From positions 800,001 to 864,000 of the forward strand of contig OZ244561.1 of assembly GCA_965217585.1 (NCBI GenBank): a stretch of DNA of 64,000 nt. Reading direction: 5' to 3'. Below are positions 59,745 through 64,000 of the stretch, one piece after another. Positions within the stretch are counted from its first letter, which is position 1; each line of letters starts with the position of its first letter. The position numbers and the translations under genes were made by a program. The notes beneath the pieces are model-generated. The model had not been told where the DNA came from and did not search any database. It saw only the letters and a list, made by a program, of their open reading frames with translations. Origin of the DNA: Candidatus Latescibacterota bacterium (GTDB taxonomy: Bacteria; Latescibacterota; UBA2968; UBA8231).

Positions 59745-60503
59745 TCAAATGCCGACTTCGCTTGGGCGATAGGGTTCACCGCCTTCAAGTCGCCGCTCCC
59801 AATCACTCACTCCGGGCTCTGGGACGCCGAAGAGCTGGCGTCGATTGTGGGATTGGGTAATCCGCTGCTGAATGGACGCGGGCAGGTCCCGGTAGTCATA
59901 CTGCGTCTTCATCCACGAGCGGACGTACGAGTACTCGAGCACTTTGCGGTCGCTGTTACTGCGGTTGTGAAAGCGGGCGTGCCAGCAGTAGCCGTTGAAG
60001 AGCACCGCGTCGCCGGCTTTGGCCGCTAGCTTGGCGTGATGTGGCATATCCTCGTGATTCTCAATGTCGGGCAAGGGATGTCCCATCTCAAAGCGATGGC
60101 TGCCGGGAACGATGGCGAAGGTGGCACCGTTTTCGGGGACGTCCACCAGATAGGTGAAGACTTTGGTCATGATCAGCGAGTCCGGCAAATACACGCCCGT
60201 TATGTCGCAAAGATCGCAGTGCCAGCCGCCGCCCGATTCGGTGTTGGCTTCCCTGACGCCTCCATGGGCATAGCGCAGTTGCACATCCTCCCCTAGAACC
60301 GCTCGCACGACTGGGAAGATGGCGGGGTGATCCACCATATCGACGAACACCTCGTCCTGATGGAGAAGGTCGTAAAGCGAGTCATTCTTCGCCGCCTGGT
60401 CAAAGGCATTGAGTACCCGCTCCACCTCGGCACCCGACAGCGCCCCGCGGATAAAGACAAATCCCTGTGAGTTATACTGTTGCCTGGCTTGTTCGGGTGT
60501 CAT
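59745..60503 (-). CDS. PhyH family dioxygenase with intact facial triad
   Basis: WHCD, YLVDVPENGA..VPGSH, and AGDAVLFNGYCWHAR..NRS..RK motifs. Confidence 0.88.
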   Translation of the reverse strand: MTPEQARQQYNSQGFVFIRGALSGAEVERVLNAFDQAAKNDSLYDLLHQDEVFVDMVDHPAIFPVVRAVLGEDVQLRYAHGGVREANTESGGGWHCDLCDITGVYLPDSLIMTKVFTYLVDVPENGATFAIVPGSHRFEMGHPLPDIENHEDMPHHAKLAAKAGDAVLFNGYCWHARFHNRSNSDRKVLEYSYVRSWMKTQYDYRDLPASIQQRITQSHNRRQLFGVPEPGVSDWERRLEGGEPYRPSEVGI

Positions 60504-60536
60504 ATTGGGGCCCAGTTTTTCGTAAAGTTTGGCAAT

Positions 60537-61334
60537 TTAATGATTTGGCTCGGTGCCCTTGCCGACGCTGCTCAACGGCGAGTAGCGTCTCTGAGGAAGG
60601 CCATCCGAGCGCGGATAGCCCTTTACCTTGCCCGTCCAATAACTGGGCGCGGCGGCGACGCCGAAAAGGTGGGCGAGGTTATCGCTGGCAGCGATCGTCT
60701 CCAGCGCCTGCGGCGATAGCTCTGGCAAGGCCTGTCGCATCCAGCTATGGACGTAGGAGTATTCGAGCAGTCGCAGAGCTACATCAGCGCGGTTGCCCGT
60801 GCGCGCCTGCCAGAGATTGCCGTGCAGCACTGCGGCCGACCCCGCCTTTAGGCGCAGCGGCAGGTGGTGGGGCATCTCTTCTATGTAGGTGATAGCGGGA
60901 AACGGGACTTCAGCTTTGCAACGGTGGCTCGCCGGAACCACAGTCAGACAGCCACCGTCGGGTGGGGTATCGTCTATGCACACGAATAGCTGGAGGCACA
61001 GGTTGGAGGCGGCATGATGGACCCCGAGCATGCCGGCGACCTTCCGGTGCCAACCCCTGCCGGCTGCTCCGGGCTCGACTGAGATAGCGGCAAGGGAGCG
61101 CAGAGACACATCGTCGGATAAGATCCGATGGATTATTGGGAACAGATTCGGATGTTCTGCCAGGTGGATGAAACAGTCGTCTTGATTGGGCAGATCTTCC
61201 ACAGCGCCTACCTGCGCGGCCTCAGCAAAAGCGCGTCGGACGCGGTCGAGCTCATCTGCACTCAGGGCATCTTCGACGCGGAGATAACCCTGGCTTTCGT
61301 ATTCGGCCTGCTGCCACTCGGTCAACTCATTCAC
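60537..61334 (-). CDS. PhyH-fold protein with degenerate metal ligands
   Basis: Aligns end to end with 59745..60503, but has WHRK for WHCD and LWQAR for CWHAR. Confidence 0.8.
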   Translation of the reverse strand: MNELTEWQQAEYESQGYLRVEDALSADELDRVRRAFAEAAQVGAVEDLPNQDDCFIHLAEHPNLFPIIHRILSDDVSLRSLAAISVEPGAAGRGWHRKVAGMLGVHHAASNLCLQLFVCIDDTPPDGGCLTVVPASHRCKAEVPFPAITYIEEMPHHLPLRLKAGSAAVLHGNLWQARTGNRADVALRLLEYSYVHSWMRQALPELSPQALETIAASDNLAHLFGVAAAPSYWTGKVKGYPRSDGLPQRRYSPLSSVGKGTEPNH

Positions 61335-61388
61335 CTCTCATTTCGTTCACAGATTATGAGTTGGGCCGGCCTCGAACTGGGACCAATA

Positions 61389-61432
61389 TACAAACTCTCC
61401 CGCTGTAGCCAGAGCCAGCGGGAGAGTTTGTA
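61389..61432 (-). terminator. Hairpin / probable terminator
   Basis: tacaaactctcccgctg-N10-cagcgggagagtttgta, downstream of the 61458 CDS. Confidence 0.7.
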
Positions 61433-61457
61433 GCAAAAAATTAAATGGTTGGAGCTT

Positions 61458-62375
61458 TTACCGATTGAAAGAGGCCTTGATATGGCCCCAAGTATCGTTT
61501 TCGACGGCCGTCGCTAGCAGTTCCGTGTTGACCGGCAAGAGAACCCAGTCCGGTAGGAAGTCGGCGTTTTCGGAAGATTCATTGAAGTTGAGGGCCCAGT
61601 CGGAGAAGACTTCGCCGGTCTCTTCATTGCCGCAGCACAGGCCCACGTCCCCGTCCTTGTGGCGGGCTGCCAAGCCGATGATCTCCCCTTCTTGCAGATC
61701 GTGGATGATACTGCCTTCGGGATCTTGCCAGTTGAAATCGTCCCACCACACGTGCCACAGCTCGATTTGCCAGTTGTATTCCTGGCCCAGTTCGGGCTCG
61801 GTCCACTGATAGGCGCCATCGGAATAAGGTTCCCCCCGATACCAATCGGCCTGGGTCATCCAGTGCCAGTTCCAAGGTACTCCAACCTCTTCCGTTTTGC
61901 TGTGGAAGAAGAAGTGGGAAATCTGGGCGTGGCGGTTGCGCTGACGTTGCGCTTCCTCATCGCTCTGCCCTTCCGAACTCCAGTAGAGCCCACCCGAATG
62001 ATCGGCATCGACGGCTAGTTCGATATCGTCGCGCTGGTGGCTCCAATAGTCATCGTAGCGATCATAAGCCAAGTAGATGCGCTCGGTTTCGTCGTTCCAG
62101 CCAAAGGTAAAACGCACGGCTAAATCAGACGCATCCGGCTCGGTATCAGTGACATCAATTTGGGTGATCAAGAGGTTGTTTAGATCCTGTTCGGTGATCC
62201 ACAACTCCTCTGGCACGATATCCCACTCAGACAAATCGGCATCCAGAACCGGTAATTGCGAAGTGGGCCATTGCCACATCTCGAAGATTACGCCCGGCGG
62301 ATCGTGGGCACCAGCGGATGTGGTAAAACCGAGCGCTATGGTAAAGGCCACAACACCCTTTAAGAGCTTGCTCAT
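61458..62375 (-). CDS. Secreted acidic CBM9/DOMON-like protein with TWGHIK tail, paralog 2
   Basis: Signal peptide; QWPTSQLPVLDADLSEW, FGWNDE and DADHSGG motifs; ends ATAVENDTWGHIKASF. Confidence 0.7.
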   Translation of the reverse strand: MSKLLKGVVAFTIALGFTTSAGAHDPPGVIFEMWQWPTSQLPVLDADLSEWDIVPEELWITEQDLNNLLITQIDVTDTEPDASDLAVRFTFGWNDETERIYLAYDRYDDYWSHQRDDIELAVDADHSGGLYWSSEGQSDEEAQRQRNRHAQISHFFFHSKTEEVGVPWNWHWMTQADWYRGEPYSDGAYQWTEPELGQEYNWQIELWHVWWDDFNWQDPEGSIIHDLQEGEIIGLAARHKDGDVGLCCGNEETGEVFSDWALNFNESSENADFLPDWVLLPVNTELLATAVENDTWGHIKASFNR

Positions 62376-62552
62376 AGATTCCTCCTTGTGGAAGGGCAGG
62401 AGCGCTTATGGATTGGAGAGGCTACACTGTCTTTTTGTAGCTACCATTTTAGTATAGATAACCATCTATAGACTGCAAGTCAATGTTTTCTTAATAGCCA
62501 ATCGGGACGCAGCAAATGTATAATTTACGTTGATAAAACATCTATATCGCTC

Positions 62553-62659
62553 ATTTTGGTCTTTCAATTAAGTTTATTGCCTGAATCCACTGGACTCCCG
62601 CTTTCGCGGGAGTGACGTCATTCCCGCGAAAGCGGGAATCCAGACTAAAAGACCAAAAT
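62553..62659. repeat. Nested inverted-repeat element: two inverted dRS3-like palindromes inside 12-bp outer inverted repeats
   Basis: Outer attttggtcttt (62553) / aaagaccaaaat (62648); inner ctggactcccgctttcgcgggagtgac abutting gtcattcccgcgaaagcgggaatccag (62590..62643). Confidence 0.8.
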
Positions 62660-62708
62660 AAAAATGGCAACTAACCTTTTTGAAACACCAATTTAGCGCG
62701 GCGTTAAA

Positions 62709-64000
62709 TTGTTTAAAAAACGCACACAAGCCGAATCTTTTGGCATTTTCTCCATTCCGTGGGGTGTATTCGTCCTAGCTTTGGCCATGCGGGTGGCCTA
62801 CATTTTCCAGCTCGAGACCAGTCCTCTGTTTGCCCACCCCCCCGTCGACGGCCTCACCTACGTAGAGCACGCCGAGGACCTAGCATCGGGGAACTGGCTG
62901 GGACGGGGTCGGGAAGCCTTCTGGCAACCGCCTCTATATCCCTATATGCTGGGCCTGTTATATGCTCTCTCTCCCGATCTATTTTTTTACGCGGTACGCT
63001 TTTTTCAGGCGCTCTGCGGCGCTTTGCTCTGCGTCCTGACTTGGTCGCTAGGACGACAGCTTTTCAATACCGCGGTCGGCGCAGTGGCGGCCGGCGCTGC
63101 CGCCCTCTATGGCCCGCTGATCTTTTTTGCCGGCGAAATACTTCCGGCCACGATGGGTAATTTTCTCAATATGGCGGGATTGGCGCTGCTGCTTAGGGCC
63201 CTTCGTCGCCCCTCTTTTTTGCGATTTGCCGGGGCGGGCCTGGTGTTTGGTCTGGCCGTTCTGACGGTGGCCACCGTGCTCAGCTTCGCGCTCGGGGCCG
63301 CTATCTACGTCTGCTACGAGATCCGCAAGCAAAACCGGTCTTTGCTGGAACAGTTGCTCCTGCCCAGCGCCTTGCTGTTGGGTTTGCTCGTAGCCATCGC
63401 CCCAGTGACCGTGCGCAACTACGCCATCGGTGGCGATGCCGTGCTCATCTCTTCCAATGCCGGCATCAATTTCTACCTTGGCAATAATCCGGATTACCAG
63501 CGCACGGTGAATGTTCGTCCGGGATGGGAATGGTACGAACTGTTGAACCGGGCCAGAGCCGAGGCCCAAGCCGAACGGCTGGTGCAGCAATCCGATTTTT
63601 ACATGGACAAAGCCCGAGAGTACCTAGTCGCCCGACCCGTTGATTATTTGCTCCTGCTGGCCCAAAAAACCCACCTTTTCTGGCAGGGCGATGAAATTGG
63701 CCGCAATCAGGACCTGTATTTTTGGCGCCGCTATACAGCCATCCTGAGCGCGACTATGTGGAAATGGGGCCTTGCCTTTCCCTTCGGTCTGGTCGGTCCT
63801 CTGGCGCTGGTGGGCCTCTCACTGGCCATTCGCCATCGCGCTTTCTCCTTGCCCCTTTTGTTTGTCGTGCTGTACGCCCTTTCCGTCATCGCCTTTTTCG
63901 TAACGGCGCGTTATCGCCTGCCGGTTATTCCCCTGCTGCTGGTGTACGCCACTTATGGTGGGTACTGCGCTGTGAATGCCCTGCGGCAGCGCTGTTTCTC
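62709..64000 (+). CDS. GT-C fold (GT39/ArnT-like) membrane glycosyltransferase, runs off the window edge
   Basis: Manual translation: ..ALAMRVAY..PPVDGLTYVEHA..AFWQPPLYPYMLG..PVTVRNY..SSNAGINFYLGNNP..FFVTARYRLPVIP. Absent from the ORF track because there is no stop within the window. Confidence 0.8.
   Translation, partial: MFKKRTQAESFGIFSIPWGVFVLALAMRVAYIFQLETSPLFAHPPVDGLTYVEHAEDLASGNWLGRGREAFWQPPLYPYMLGLLYALSPDLFFYAVRFFQALCGALLCVLTWSLGRQLFNTAVGAVAAGAAALYGPLIFFAGEILPATMGNFLNMAGLALLLRALRRPSFLRFAGAGLVFGLAVLTVATVLSFALGAAIYVCYEIRKQNRSLLEQLLLPSALLLGLLVAIAPVTVRNYAIGGDAVLISSNAGINFYLGNNPDYQRTVNVRPGWEWYELLNRARAEAQAERLVQQSDFYMDKAREYLVARPVDYLLLLAQKTHLFWQGDEIGRNQDLYFWRRYTAILSATMWKWGLAFPFGLVGPLALVGLSLAIRHRAFSLPLLFVVLYALSVIAFFVTARYRLPVIPLLLVYATYGGYCAVNALRQRCF

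Overview
GC-rich bacterial DNA. The gene style (FG-GAP/FlgD-Ig secreted proteins, C-terminal SWGxIK tails, DUF6785/6784-like membrane proteins, several PhyH dioxygenases) suggests a Latescibacterota/Poribacteria-like lineage, but this is inference. Left third (1-24 kb, minus strand): a propeller-sensor sigma54 activator gene is followed by three phased palindromic sites and a near-consensus sigma54 -24/-12 promoter. These point into a ~20 kb head-to-tail array of 7 paralogous secreted genes (5 intact, 2 disrupted). Each has a signal peptide, a CBM-like domain, an FG-GAP propeller and an FlgD-Ig tail. The units recur at ~2.2 kb and several share a 60-bp spacer. In one slot the interior has been replaced by an unrelated TlpA-like redoxin, while the array's own 5' leader and last 10 codons remain. 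This looks like a cassette-swapping, diversifying surface-protein array and is the top candidate for an undescribed system. Middle and right (24-64 kb): three DUF6785/6784-like transporters, four PhyH-fold proteins (one lacking two iron ligands), a sialidase-like protein, a fused MFS/spermidine synthase, CRTAC1, pentapeptide, TPR and PPIase genes. There is also a 14-kb run of large exported proteins with a coupled pair of putative outer-membrane proteins, and two MITE-like elements with dRS3-like palindromes. No rRNA, tRNA, CRISPR, integrase, transposase or reverse transcriptase was recognised. All family calls come from motifs read by eye, not from database searches.
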